Part shown: in pieces, positions 9,607-19,541 of the stretch
Position numbering within the stretch: position 1 is the first letter of the stretch
Layout of the letters: every line of letters begins with the position of its first letter
NCBI GenBank assembly: GCA_040882575.1
Contig: JBBEBA010000054.1
Span: forward strand, 27,086-91,085
Direction of reading: 5' to 3'
DNA from: Gemmatimonadota bacterium
GTDB lineage: Bacteria; Gemmatimonadota; Gemmatimonadetes; Longimicrobiales; RSA9
Length of the DNA: 64,000 nt
Position numbers and translations under genes: made by a program
The notes under the pieces: model-generated
The model's database searches: none
Told to the model about the DNA's origin: nothing
Seen by the model: the letters and a program-made list of their open reading frames with translations, nothing else

Positions 9607-10889
9607 CCCGGGCTACCGGTTACGGTGCGCAGCATGGACCAGAAGTCGGGGTAGCTGACAGAAACGACGTCGGGGTCGTCGATCCGGATTCCGGCGTCGG
9701 CGGCGGCCGCCAGGACGCCAAACGCCATCGCGACGCGGTGGTCGTGGAGCGCACGCACGCGCCCGTTCAGCGGATGATCGGAGCCGTGCACGACCAGCCC
9801 GTCCGGAAGCTCTTCGGCGTCGGCGCCAATCGCCTGCAGGTTGCTGACGACCGCATTGATGCGGTCGGACTCCTTTACGCGCAGCTCCCCGGCGCCCTCC
9901 ACGGTCGTGGTGCCTTCGGCGCGGGCGGCGAGCGCCGCGATCACAGGAACCTCATCGACGAGTGCCGGTATCTCAGCGGCGGTGATGTGCACGCCGCGCA
10001 GCCGCGAGCGTTCCACCACGATGTCGCCGAGTGGCTCACCGCAGGATTCCCGCTCGTTCTCGATCGTGACGGCCGCGCCCATACGGCGGAGCACGTCGAG
10101 CATGCCGATCCGCGCCGGGTTCAGACCGACACCGCGAATCACGATCGGAGCGGGCGCCGCGAGGCAGCCGATCGCAATGACGAACGCGGCGGACGAGAAG
10201 TCGCCGGGGACGTCGAACTCGAACGCACCGAGCGACGCGACTGGTGTCAGCGTCACACGAGGCCGGCCGTCCGGCAACGACTCGCGCGCCAGCGGCACGC
10301 CCATTCGAGCGAGCATGCGCTCCGTGTGGTCGCGGCTGAGCAGCGGCTCCACGACGGATGCGCGGACGCCGCCCGTCAGGCCTGCCAGCAGCACGGCGCT
10401 CTTCACCTGCGCCGACGCGTGCGGGCTCTCGTAATCGAGTGGTCGCAGCGTGCCTCCGTGGATGCGGATCGGCAGGCGATCCGCCTCGCCGAGCTCGTCG
10501 AAACGCGCGCCCATCTGCACGAGCGGACGGGTCACGCGACGCATCGGCCGGGACCGCAGCGAAGCGTCCCCGGTCAGTGTCGCGACCACGTCCTGGCCGG
10601 CGAGGATGCCCATCAGCAGGCGCGTCGTCGTGCCGCTGTTGCCGCAGTCGATCTCACGGTCGGGCGAGCGGAACCCGCGCAGCCCGACGCCGTCGATCGC
10701 CACCTCGCGGTCGAGCTTGGGCACACTGCAGCCGAGCATGCGCAGCGCGTGCGCGGTGGAGCTCGTGTCCGCGCCGATCAGCGGCAGCCGCACGACGCTG
10801 CGGCCGCTCGCGAGCGCGCCGAACAGCAGTGCGCGGTGGGTCAATGACTTGTCACCTGGCACGACGATCGACAGCGTTTCAGTCTTCAT
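9603..10889 (-). CDS. aroA: 3-phosphoshikimate 1-carboxyvinyltransferase
   Basis: PGDKSLTHRA, DCGNSGTT, SAQVKSA, ELRVKESDR and DHRVAM motifs; start is 10889 or 10895. Confidence 0.95.
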   Translation of the reverse strand: MKTETLSIVVPGDKSLTHRALLFGALASGRSVVRLPLIGADTSSTAHALRMLGCSVPKLDREVAIDGVGLRGFRSPDREIDCGNSGTTTRLLMGILAGQDVVATLTGDASLRSRPMRRVTRPLVQMGARFDELGEADRLPIRIHGGTLRPLDYESPHASAQVKSAVLLAGLTGGVRASVVEPLLSRDHTERMLARMGVPLARESLPDGRPRVTLTPVASLGAFEFDVPGDFSSAAFVIAIGCLAAPAPIVIRGVGLNPARIGMLDVLRRMGAAVTIENERESCGEPLGDIVVERSRLRGVHITAAEIPALVDEVPVIAALAARAEGTTTVEGAGELRVKESDRINAVVSNLQAIGADAEELPDGLVVHGSDHPLNGRVRALHDHRVAMAFGVLAAAADAGIRIDDPDVVSVSYPDFWSMLRTVTGSPG

Positions 10890-11799
10890 CTGCATCCCTG
10901 TGTGGCACTTCGATCGCCAGCCCGTCATGCGCGACGACGCTCCGGGCGAAGACATCGCGCGCCTCGCGCTCGAGCGGACGGGCATCGTCGGCATAGCGCG
11001 CGGAGATGTGCGTCAGCGCGAGGTGCAGCACGCCCGCGCGCTGGGCGAGCTGGGCGGCCTCGCGAGCCGTGGAGTGATTCGTCTCCTTCGCGCGCGCGGC
11101 CTCGTCGTGTGTGAACGTCGCGTCATGAATGAGCAGGTCCGCGTCGCGCGCAGCTTCCGTCGTGGCGCGGCACGGGCGAGTGTCGCCCGAGTACACCACG
11201 CGGCGGCCGGGCCGCGGCGGCCCGACGAGGTCCGCCGGACTCACGAGCCTGCCATCCACCTCGACCGGATGGCCGCGGTGGAGCCTGCCGAACAGTGGTC
11301 CTTCCGGCACACCGAGCTCCCGCGCGCGGTTCGGATCGAAACGGCCGAGCCGCTCCGCCTCCGCCACGGCGTAGCCGAGTGACCGTCCGTGCTGCGTGCG
11401 GAATGAGACGATGTCGTACTCGCCGCGTTCCACTCGCTGATCCGGCTGCAGTTCCGCGATCTCCACGCTGAACGGCACGCGCTCCATGCCGAGGTTCACC
11501 GCCTGCTCGAGAATGCCAGCGCCGCCCTCGGGGCACCACAGGCGCATGAGCTCTTCCCTGCCCTGCAGACCCATCGTGCGCAGCAGTCCGATGACACCCA
11601 GGAAATGGTCGGCGTGCAGGTGGGTGAAGAAGATGTCGTGCACGGCGAATCCGGTGCCGTACCGCATCATCTGCCGCTGCGTGCCCTCGCCGCAGTCGAA
11701 CAGCAGAGAGTCGCCACCGCGCTGCAGCATGACGGCGCTCACATTACGGCTCACCGTCGGCCGGCTCGCCGCGGTGCCGAGAAATGTCACACGGATCAT
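10879..11799 (-). CDS. rnz: ribonuclease Z
   Basis: FLGTA, FDCGEGTQRQ, THLHADH, SGDTRP and HISARY motifs. Confidence 0.95.
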   Translation of the reverse strand: MIRVTFLGTAASRPTVSRNVSAVMLQRGGDSLLFDCGEGTQRQMMRYGTGFAVHDIFFTHLHADHFLGVIGLLRTMGLQGREELMRLWCPEGGAGILEQAVNLGMERVPFSVEIAELQPDQRVERGEYDIVSFRTQHGRSLGYAVAEAERLGRFDPNRARELGVPEGPLFGRLHRGHPVEVDGRLVSPADLVGPPRPGRRVVYSGDTRPCRATTEAARDADLLIHDATFTHDEAARAKETNHSTAREAAQLAQRAGVLHLALTHISARYADDARPLEREARDVFARSVVAHDGLAIEVPHRDADED

Positions 11800-12143
11800 T
11801 GGCGCGCGCGCGTCACGCGGACGTCGCGTCGTGGCAGCAGCCACAGCAGGGAGTACGCGGCGTAGAGCAGGCCGGGCCACGGCGTGAGGAACGGCACGAC
11901 GAGGAGGCCGCCCCACAGGAAGGCGTGGCCGATAGCCGTCAGACGGCGGCGGCGCGCGAGCATGCGCGCGTTCGTGGCTTCATCGACGCCCGTAAGGTCG
12001 CCGCGCTCCGCACGCGTGCCCGCCAGGCCGCCCGCGACGAACACGTCTGCGCTTCGGCGCAGCACCAGCAGCATCGTGCCGGCGAGTCGCAGGGCCACGG
12101 CTGCGAAGCCGGCCAGGCCGATCAGAAGGATCGCGGTGTTCAC
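11796..12143 (-). CDS. small membrane protein of unknown function
   Basis: 2-3 hydrophobic segments; GAGG RBS before GTG; ATGA overlap with rnz. Confidence 0.65.
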   Translation of the reverse strand: MNTAILLIGLAGFAAVALRLAGTMLLVLRRSADVFVAGGLAGTRAERGDLTGVDEATNARMLARRRRLTAIGHAFLWGGLLVVPFLTPWPGLLYAAYSLLWLLPRRDVRVTRARQ

Positions 12144-12159
12144 TGTCCTCTCGTGGTTA

Positions 12160-12242
12160 TGCCCGGGGTGGGGGTCGAACCCACATGGCCTTGCGGCCCG
12201 CGGATTTTAAGTCCGCTGCGTATGCCATTCCGCCACCCGGGC
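12160..12242 (-). tRNA. tRNA-Leu (UAA), CCA not encoded
   Basis: GCCCGGGTGGCGGAATGGCATACGCAGCGGACTTAAAATCCGCGGGCCGCAAGGCCATGTGGGTTCGACCCCCACCCCGGGCA; long variable arm; anticodon TAA. Confidence 0.95.
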
Positions 12243-12330
12243 CAAGGCGCGGCAAACATAACGAAACCAACCGCACTCTGCACCGTGAGCAACCCCACCA
12301 CGGAGTGCCCCGCAGCGGTCGACACCCCGG

Positions 12331-13875
12331 CTACGATGGCTCCGAATGTCTGCCGAGCACTTCGCGTACGCGCGCAGTCAGTGCGTCCGGCGCGAAGGGC
12401 TTTTCGATGAAGGCGGCGCCCTCCGGCAGCTCCAGCTCGCCCGCGGCGAAGCCGGACATCAGCATCGTTGGAATTCCGGGGCGCAGCCTGCGCGCCGCGG
12501 CGATCAGCTTCGAGCCGTTCGTGTCCGTCAGCATCATGTCGGTCAGCATCAGATCGACGACGTCGCCCGCTTCGAGGATCGCCAGCGCCTGCGCTCCATC
12601 GGCTGCGATGAGCACGTTGAACCCGGCGCGCGCCAGGGTCCGGCGCAGCAGCTGCAGGATCTGCGGCTCGTCGTCCACCAGCAGCACAGTCGGTGCGATC
12701 GATGCGGCCGGCGGCGCGCGCAGTGCGGCCACCGCCGAGGGCCGCGCGGTTTCCGGCGACTCCGGCAGAAAGACGCAGAATCGCGCACCACGTCCGGGCG
12801 CGCTGTCGACGCTGATACTGCCCCCATTCTGCGTCACGATGCCGTACACGGTTGACAGACCGAGGCCGGTGCCCTTTCCGGGATCCTTCGTGGTGAAGAA
12901 CGGCTCGAAGATGTGCTCGGCAACTTCCTGCGACATACCGTGACCCTCATCGATGACCTCGATCACCGCATGCGGGCCGGGGCGCGGCGCGCGGACATCG
13001 CCGGCGCCCTGCGCACGCTGGTCGTGCGAGGCCGTGCGGATCCAGATCCCGCCGCCGTGCGGTAACGCGTCGCGTGCATTCACGACGAGGTTCATGATGA
13101 CCTGGCTCAGCTGACCGCGATCGGCGTGCACTGCCGGAGGCTGGCCGAGCTCGAGCTCGAGCTCGTGCTCGTCGCCGATCATCCTGTCGAGCAGACTGTG
13201 CATGCCGGTGACGAGCTCGTTGACCTCGATGCGCTCCGGGTGCATGAGCTGGTTCCGGCTGAACGAGAGGAGCGGCCGCGTGAACGACGATGCGCGCGCG
13301 GCCGCGCTCAGAATCTCTTCGACATCCTGGTACTGCTCGGAACCGGGTCTCATGTCGCGGAGCAGGAGGGATGCGTAGCCCTGGATCGCGGTCAGGATGT
13401 TGTTGAAATCGTGAGCAATGCCGCCGGCGAGGCGTCCGACCGCCTCCATCTTCTGCGCCTGGCGCAGCTGCTGCTCCAGCGCACGGCGCTCCTGCCGCGT
13501 CTCGGCATCGCCGATCTCACGGGTGAGCGCCGGTATGAGTCGGTGCAGGTTCTGCTTGGACATGAAATCGTGTGCGCCCGCCTTCAATGCGGCGACGGCC
13601 ACGTCCTCGCCGATCGTTCCGGAAACGATTATGAAGGGAATGTCCGTACCGCTGCTCTTGAGCACATCGAGCGCGGCGGGCGCACCGAAGCTGGGCAGCG
13701 AGAAGTCGGAGATGATCGCATCCCAGCCGCCGCGACTCAGCTCCGCACGCATCTCGTCTGCCGTTTCGACGCGCGTGAATGTCACGTCCATGCCGCCCAG
13801 CCGTAGATCGCGAACGACGAGCAGTGCATCGTCCTCGTTGTCCTCGATGATCAGCAGGTGGAGCGGCTGCGTCAT
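12331..13875 (-). CDS. hybrid sensor kinase (REC-HisKA-HATPase-REC)
   Basis: N-terminal receiver; AGGIAHDFNN H-box; NLVVNARDA; FEPFFTTK...GTGLGL; C-terminal receiver. Confidence 0.93.
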   Translation of the reverse strand: MTQPLHLLIIEDNEDDALLVVRDLRLGGMDVTFTRVETADEMRAELSRGGWDAIISDFSLPSFGAPAALDVLKSSGTDIPFIIVSGTIGEDVAVAALKAGAHDFMSKQNLHRLIPALTREIGDAETRQERRALEQQLRQAQKMEAVGRLAGGIAHDFNNILTAIQGYASLLLRDMRPGSEQYQDVEEILSAAARASSFTRPLLSFSRNQLMHPERIEVNELVTGMHSLLDRMIGDEHELELELGQPPAVHADRGQLSQVIMNLVVNARDALPHGGGIWIRTASHDQRAQGAGDVRAPRPGPHAVIEVIDEGHGMSQEVAEHIFEPFFTTKDPGKGTGLGLSTVYGIVTQNGGSISVDSAPGRGARFCVFLPESPETARPSAVAALRAPPAASIAPTVLLVDDEPQILQLLRRTLARAGFNVLIAADGAQALAILEAGDVVDLMLTDMMLTDTNGSKLIAAARRLRPGIPTMLMSGFAAGELELPEGAAFIEKPFAPDALTARVREVLGRHSEPS

Positions 13876-14294
13876 CGAGTCTCCGACGGAATCTGGTTCA
13901 ACACGAGCCAGTACATGCCGAGCTTGCCGACAGCGTCTGCGAACTGATCGAAGTCCACGGGCTTCACGATGTAGCTGTTGGCGCCGAGGGAGTAGCTCTC
14001 GACGAGATCCCGCTCCTCGCGCGATGACGTCAGAATGACGACGGGAAGCAGGCGCGTGCGGCCGTCCGCGCGAATGCGACGGAGCACCTCGAGCCCGTCG
14101 ATCTTCGGGAGCTTCAGATCCAGCAGCACGACCTGCGGCAGCTCGGCCAGCGCGTCGGGCCCGAACAGGTACGAGACAGCCTGGGCGCCGTCGTGCGCCA
14201 CCACGATCGGGTTCGCGATGTTGTTCTGCTTCAGCGCCCGGAGTGCGAGCGCCTCATCGTCGGGATTGTCCTCAACCAGCAGTATCGTCGACAT
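13872..14294 (-). CDS. single-domain response regulator (Rcp1-like)
   Basis: ILLVEDNPDD, LLDLKLPKIDGLEVL, ILTSS and GANSYIVKPVDF motifs. Confidence 0.92.
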   Translation of the reverse strand: MSTILLVEDNPDDEALALRALKQNNIANPIVVAHDGAQAVSYLFGPDALAELPQVVLLDLKLPKIDGLEVLRRIRADGRTRLLPVVILTSSREERDLVESYSLGANSYIVKPVDFDQFADAVGKLGMYWLVLNQIPSETR

Positions 14295-16056
14295 GGGGTC
14301 CTTCATGGACGGTGAAGAAGAATGTAGCACCGATGCCCACGGCAGCCTGCGCCCAGACCCTGCCGCCATGGCGGGCCATGATGCGCTGCACCGTCGCGAG
14401 CCCCACGCCCGTGCCGCTGAACTCCTGCATGGAGTGGAGACGCTGGAACGGAGTGAAGAGCTGGTCCGCGTATTCCATGCTGAAGCCGGCCCCGTTATCG
14501 CGGACGAAGAACGCGCCGCCCTCGGTCCGGCCGAACTCGATGCTCGGATCTGCCGTTCTCGACGTGAACTTCCACGCATTGTCGAGCAGATTGTGCAACG
14601 CGACGCCGAGCAGGCCGGGGTCGCCCACTGCAGCGAGGCCCGGCTCGATCCGGGTGGCGACAGCGCGGTCAGGCTCCGATTTGCGCAGTTCCGCGAGTAT
14701 CTCGGCAGCGAGCTCGCTCAGGTCGACCGGGTTTCGTGTGATCGGCTGTCGGGTCACACGGGCGAGCTGGAGCAGGTCATCGATCAGGAGCCCCATCCGC
14801 TGAGCGCCGCCGCGCACGCGCTTCAGGTAGTCGCGCGCTGTCGCATCGAGGGAGGGTCCGTAGTCCTCGAGCAGCGCCTGACTGAAGCCATCAATGCTGC
14901 GGAGCGGGCTGCGCAGGTCGTGTGACACGGAGTAGCTGAACGCCTGCAGCTCGTGATTCACGGCCTCGAGCTCCGCCGTCCGCTGACGTACGCGTTCCTC
15001 CATGTCCGCGTAGCCATGCTCCACCTCGGCAGCCATGCCGTTGAACGCGGCCGCCATCAGGCCAAGCTCGTCGCGCCGCTGCACGTCCAGTCGGCGACCG
15101 AAATCACCGCGCCCGAAATCGGCTGCGGCACTCGCGAACGCACGCATCGGACGCGTGTAGACGCGCGCCATCAGCCAGGCCCCTCCGGCGCCGACGAGAA
15201 GCACCAGAATGCCGACCGGCAGCGTCATCCGCACGAACGCCACGGTGCGCTCGCGCGCGGCCGATACCGGCGTCTCGGTTACGATCAGCCACGGGGTACC
15301 GGGCACGGCGACGATCTTCGCGAGGTAGCCGGTGCCGGCGCGGCGATAGGATTCCGTGTCGGCCGTCCAGTCCGGCGCATCTGGCGCGGGTGTGAGTGTC
15401 CCGTCGAGCCGGACCCACGAGCCGCTGCCATTCGCATTGGCGACGAGCACCGTCGTGGCGCCGATCAGAGACTCCACGGCGTCGGACGACCGCGCCTCGC
15501 CTTCGCCAATGCGACGCAGCTGGGCGAGCACGATTCGCGTGCCATCCGCGCGCCGTGCTGCGAGCGCGCTCCAGAAGTGCGCGCCTTCGTGCTCCTCGAT
15601 CAACCGGCTCACCTGCAGCTGCCCCGACAGTTCCAGCGCAGTCGCGGCGACAGCCCGGAGCTCGTCCATCGCCGCCGGCCACGTCGGCGCACCGGAACTC
15701 GCGATCTCGTTCAGACCATCGTCGAGGATGACGAAGGAGGACGAGGAGGCGGGCGACGCCTGTGCGATGCTCTCGAGTACGCTGTCGGGATCCGCCGTGC
15801 CCTCCATGACAGGCGCGAACTGGGGAGACTCGAAAAGGCGGCCAAGGGCCGTGCTCCGCTGCTGATTGCTGTTCGACACCAGCAATGCGAGCTGCGACGC
15901 CGAACCGTTCAGGCGCTCCCGCACCGCGGCCGTTGCACTCTGCTCGAATCCCCGGTATGCGACGATCATGTGGCTACCGCCGAGCAGTGCCAGCAGCGCA
16001 ACGAACGCGGCCGGCAACTTCCATTCGATCGACTGCCGACCCCACCACCTGTCCAT
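14272..16056 (-). CDS. membrane sensor histidine kinase (periplasmic domain, HAMP, HisKA, HATPase)
   Basis: Two TM segments; RRDELG HAMP; FSYSVSHDLRSPL H-box; NLLDNAWKF; FQRLH..EFSGTGVGLA. Confidence 0.92.
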   Translation of the reverse strand: MDRWWGRQSIEWKLPAAFVALLALLGGSHMIVAYRGFEQSATAAVRERLNGSASQLALLVSNSNQQRSTALGRLFESPQFAPVMEGTADPDSVLESIAQASPASSSSFVILDDGLNEIASSGAPTWPAAMDELRAVAATALELSGQLQVSRLIEEHEGAHFWSALAARRADGTRIVLAQLRRIGEGEARSSDAVESLIGATTVLVANANGSGSWVRLDGTLTPAPDAPDWTADTESYRRAGTGYLAKIVAVPGTPWLIVTETPVSAARERTVAFVRMTLPVGILVLLVGAGGAWLMARVYTRPMRAFASAAADFGRGDFGRRLDVQRRDELGLMAAAFNGMAAEVEHGYADMEERVRQRTAELEAVNHELQAFSYSVSHDLRSPLRSIDGFSQALLEDYGPSLDATARDYLKRVRGGAQRMGLLIDDLLQLARVTRQPITRNPVDLSELAAEILAELRKSEPDRAVATRIEPGLAAVGDPGLLGVALHNLLDNAWKFTSRTADPSIEFGRTEGGAFFVRDNGAGFSMEYADQLFTPFQRLHSMQEFSGTGVGLATVQRIMARHGGRVWAQAAVGIGATFFFTVHEGPHVDDTAG

Positions 16057-16140
16057 CAGCTCGCTACCGGTCCTTTCCGGATGCGGGCGGCCGCTCGCAT
16101 CCAGTGCGAGTTCCCGTGCGCACAATCCGATTGTCTGTCG

Positions 16141-17199
16141 TCACGCTACGGTGATGGCCTCGTCGAGGTAAACGTCCTGAATCGCGTTCAGCAGGGCCAC
16201 GCCCTCACGCATGGGCCGCTGAAATGCCTTGCGGCCGGAGATCAGGCCCATGCCGCCGCCGCGTTTGTTGATGACCGCAGTGCGCACGGCCTCCTGGAGA
16301 TCGGTCTGACCCGCGGACGCGCCGCCGGAGTTGATGAGACCGGCGCGACCCATATAGCAGTTTGCGACCTGGTAGCGGACCAGATCGATGGGGTGATCGC
16401 TCGAGAGGTCGGAATAGACCTTCTTGTGCGTCTTGCCGAATCCCTTGAGCGCGTTGTAGCCGCCGTTGTTCGTGGGCAGCTTCTGCTTGATGATGTCGGC
16501 CTGGATCGTGACACCGAGGTGATTCGCCTGGCCAGTGAGATCGGCGCTCTCGTGGTAGTCGATGTCGCCCTGCTTGAAGGCCGGGTTGCGCAGGTAGCAC
16601 CAGAGCACGGTCGCCAGGCCGAGCTCGTGGGCCAGATGGAATGCCTCGCTCGTCTCCTGGATCTGGCGGCGCGACTCGGCGGAACCGAAGTAGATGGTCG
16701 CACCGATCGCGACAGCGCCCATGTCGAAAGCCTGTTCGACCTTGCCGAAGTAGATCTGATCATACTCGTTCGGGTGCGAGAGCAGCTCGTTGTGGTTGAG
16801 CTTCACGATGAACGGGATCCGGTGCGCATAGCGGCGCGCGACGGCGCCCAGCACGCCGACCGTGGACGCGACTGCATTGCAACCGCCGTCGATCGCGAGC
16901 TGCACGATGTTGTGCGGATCGAAGTACTGCGGGTTCGGTGCGAAGCTCGCGCCCGCCGAGTGTTCGATGCCCTGATCGACCGGCAGGATCGAGACGTAGC
17001 CGGTACCGCCCAGGCGGCCGTGATCGAAGATCTGCTGCAGGCTGCGCAGCACCGGGATCGGTCGGTCCGACATCGCCCACACCTGATCCACGAAGTCGGG
17101 ACCTGGCAGGTGCAGCAGATCCTTCGCAACCGTGCGGCTGGTGTGCTGTAACAGGCTCGCGGCGTCGCTGCCGAGCAGTTCCTCGATCTTCTTCGTCAT
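16141..17199 (-). CDS. fbaB: class I fructose-bisphosphate aldolase (DhnA/FbaB)
   Basis: [25 protein letters not shown] and [10 protein letters not shown] motifs. Confidence 0.93.
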   Translation of the reverse strand: MTKKIEELLGSDAASLLQHTSRTVAKDLLHLPGPDFVDQVWAMSDRPIPVLRSLQQIFDHGRLGGTGYVSILPVDQGIEHSAGASFAPNPQYFDPHNIVQLAIDGGCNAVASTVGVLGAVARRYAHRIPFIVKLNHNELLSHPNEYDQIYFGKVEQAFDMGAVAIGATIYFGSAESRRQIQETSEAFHLAHELGLATVLWCYLRNPAFKQGDIDYHESADLTGQANHLGVTIQADIIKQKLPTNNGGYNALKGFGKTHKKVYSDLSSDHPIDLVRYQVANCYMGRAGLINSGGASAGQTDLQEAVRTAVINKRGGGMGLISGRKAFQRPMREGVALLNAIQDVYLDEAITVA

Positions 17200-17205
17200 G
17201 GGCCC

Positions 17206-17871
17206 TCACTCCTTTACTGCAGCTCGCAGCTGCGCAATGTTGTCCGCTACGGTGGCACGGTCGTTGAACACGGCGTTCCCCGCTACGACGATGCTGGCGC
17301 CCGCACCGACGACCTCTGCGATGGTACCCGCTGCGACGCCGCCGTCCACCTCGAGCTCGACACCCCACAGGCCGCATTCGTCGAGCCTGCGGCGCACCGC
17401 AGCGATCTTGGCGGTGCTCGTCGGGATGTAGCGCTGGCCGCCGAAGCCCGGATTGACGCTCATGATGAGCACCAGATCGACATACGGCAGGATCTCATCC
17501 AGCGTCGCGGTCGGCGTTCCGGGATTGATCGACACGCCAGGCCGTGTCCCCAGCTCCCGGATCCGCTCCACAGTCCGGTGCAGATGAACGGAAGCCTCCT
17601 GATGCACCGTGATGACGTCAGCACCGGCGCCGACGAATGCCTCGATCATCAGCTCCGGCCGCTCGATCATGAGATGCACATCGAGCGGCAGTCCGGTCAC
17701 GCGACGCACCGCGCTCACGACTGCGGGACCGATCGTCAGATTCGGCACGAAATGCCCATCCATCACGTCGACGTGGATCCAGTCCGCACCGGCCGCCTCC
17801 GCCGCCTGCACGGCGTCGGCGAGGCGTCCGAAATCCGCCGACAGGATCGATGGCGCTATCTTCAAGCTCAT
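17206..17871 (-). CDS. rpe: ribulose-phosphate 3-epimerase
   Basis: [32 protein letters not shown] and EVDGG motifs. Confidence 0.95.
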   Translation of the reverse strand: MSLKIAPSILSADFGRLADAVQAAEAAGADWIHVDVMDGHFVPNLTIGPAVVSAVRRVTGLPLDVHLMIERPELMIEAFVGAGADVITVHQEASVHLHRTVERIRELGTRPGVSINPGTPTATLDEILPYVDLVLIMSVNPGFGGQRYIPTSTAKIAAVRRRLDECGLWGVELEVDGGVAAGTIAEVVGAGASIVVAGNAVFNDRATVADNIAQLRAAVKE

Positions 17872-18572
17872 GCTGCGTCTCGTTCCCGCATCCTGACGCC
17901 GTCCGCTGTCGCGATCACTACCGCGCTGGCCATGCCGAGGAACAGCCCGGTCTCGACGATGCCTGCGCGGGCGCCGAGCACGGCTTCGACGGCCGCCGCG
18001 TCCGCAATGCCGTCGTCGAAGTGCAGGTCCACGATATAGTGGCCGCTGTCCGTCACGAACGGCGCGCCCACCGGCTGTGCCGACCGCAGCACCGGTCGTG
18101 CGCCGAGCTCGGCAAAGGCGCGTTCGTGCGTGCGCCAGCCGAACGGCACGACTTCGACGGGAAGCGGTGCACGCCTGCCCAGACGCTCGACTTCCTTCGA
18201 ATCGTCGGCGACGATGACGAGCCGCGCCGAGGCCCGGGCCACGATCTTCTCCCACAGCAGCGCACCGCCGAGACCCTTGATGAGATCCAGACGCGGGTCC
18301 ACTTCATCCGCGCCGTCGATCGTCAGATCGAGGCGCGTGATCTGGTCCAGGGTAGCGAGCGGGACGTTCAGCGAAGCGGCCTGATCCCGGGTCTGCACGG
18401 AGGTGGGAACGCCGACGATGTCGTGGATCTCACCTGTGCGCAGACGCTCCGCGAGAAGTTGCACGACGTGCTTCGCGGTCGAGCCGGTGCCGAGTCCGAT
18501 GCGCATGCCCGACTCGATCAGCACGACAGCACGCGCCGCCGCCGCGCGCTTCTGTGCATCGCGGCCGTTCAC
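17868..18572 (-). CDS. rpiA: ribose-5-phosphate isomerase A
   Basis: GLGTGST, DGADEVD and [12 protein letters not shown] motifs. Confidence 0.95.
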   Translation of the reverse strand: MNGRDAQKRAAAARAVVLIESGMRIGLGTGSTAKHVVQLLAERLRTGEIHDIVGVPTSVQTRDQAASLNVPLATLDQITRLDLTIDGADEVDPRLDLIKGLGGALLWEKIVARASARLVIVADDSKEVERLGRRAPLPVEVVPFGWRTHERAFAELGARPVLRSAQPVGAPFVTDSGHYIVDLHFDDGIADAAAVEAVLGARAGIVETGLFLGMASAVVIATADGVRMRERDAA

Positions 18573-18575
18573 CGT

Positions 18576-19541
18576 TCACACACGGGCGGTGCTGACGCGT
18601 CGCGCCGCCGCGGCGACCGCGCCGGCAGTGAGGCCGTACTTGCGCATGAGCGCCTCGGGATCGCCGCTCTCTGCGTACGTGTCGTCGAGGCCGACGAACT
18701 CGACGCGACACGGATGCAGCCTGCACACTGCTTGTGCGACGCGCGCGCCGAGGCCGCCGTGGATCAGGTGCTCTTCCGCCACCACGATGGCACCGGTCTC
18801 GACGGCGGCGAGCCGGACTTCCTCCTCGTCCAGCGGCTTGACCGTCGCCATGTCGACGACACGAGCGTTGATGCCCTCTCCGGCGAGCGTCTCCGCGGCG
18901 ACGAGCGCGGCCGCGACCATGAGGCCGTTCGCGATGATGGTGAGATCCGTGCCCTCGCGCACGCGCGTCGCCCTGCCGAACGCGAAGTCCACTGGCGTAG
19001 CGTCATAGACGAGAGGTGCCTTCGGACGGCCGGACCGGATGTAGACGGGGCCGTCATGCTCGTAGGCAGCTCGCACGACGGCGCGCATCTGATGCTCGTC
19101 GCTCGGCACGCATACGACGAAGTGCGGCAGTGCGCAGGCCAGCGCGACATCCTCGACCGACTGCTGGCTCGCGCCGTCCTCGCCGATCGAAATGCCGCCG
19201 TGGCTGCCGATCACCTTCACGTTCAGCCTCGGGTACGACACGGCCATGCGCAACTGATCGAAACCCTTCAGGATGACGAACGCGGCGAAGCTCGAGATGA
19301 AGGGAGTCATGCCCGAGGTCGCCATGCCGCCGGCCATGCCGACGAGGTTCGCCTCCTGGATGCCGACGTTGATGAAGCGGTCGGGGAACGCCTCGCCGAA
19401 CGTCGCGCTCTTCGTGCTCTTTGCCAGGTCCGCATCGAGCACGACAATGTCAGGGTGCTCGCGCCCGAGATCGCGCAGTGTGTCGCCGTACGCGTCGCGC
19501 GTCGCCTTGCCGAACGTGAACCCGGGGTAGAGGCCCTTCAT
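18576..19541 (-). CDS. transketolase, C-terminal subunit
   Basis: GIQEANLVG, GEDGASQQ, GPVYIR and AEEH..HGGLG motifs. Confidence 0.9.
   Translation of the reverse strand: MKGLYPGFTFGKATRDAYGDTLRDLGREHPDIVVLDADLAKSTKSATFGEAFPDRFINVGIQEANLVGMAGGMATSGMTPFISSFAAFVILKGFDQLRMAVSYPRLNVKVIGSHGGISIGEDGASQQSVEDVALACALPHFVVCVPSDEHQMRAVVRAAYEHDGPVYIRSGRPKAPLVYDATPVDFAFGRATRVREGTDLTIIANGLMVAAALVAAETLAGEGINARVVDMATVKPLDEEEVRLAAVETGAIVVAEEHLIHGGLGARVAQAVCRLHPCRVEFVGLDDTYAESGDPEALMRKYGLTAGAVAAAARRVSTARV

Noticed and set aside
12160-12330. tRNA-anchored genomic island (also at tRNA-Cys/Gly)
   Set aside because: No integrase and no duplicated tRNA 3' end were seen.
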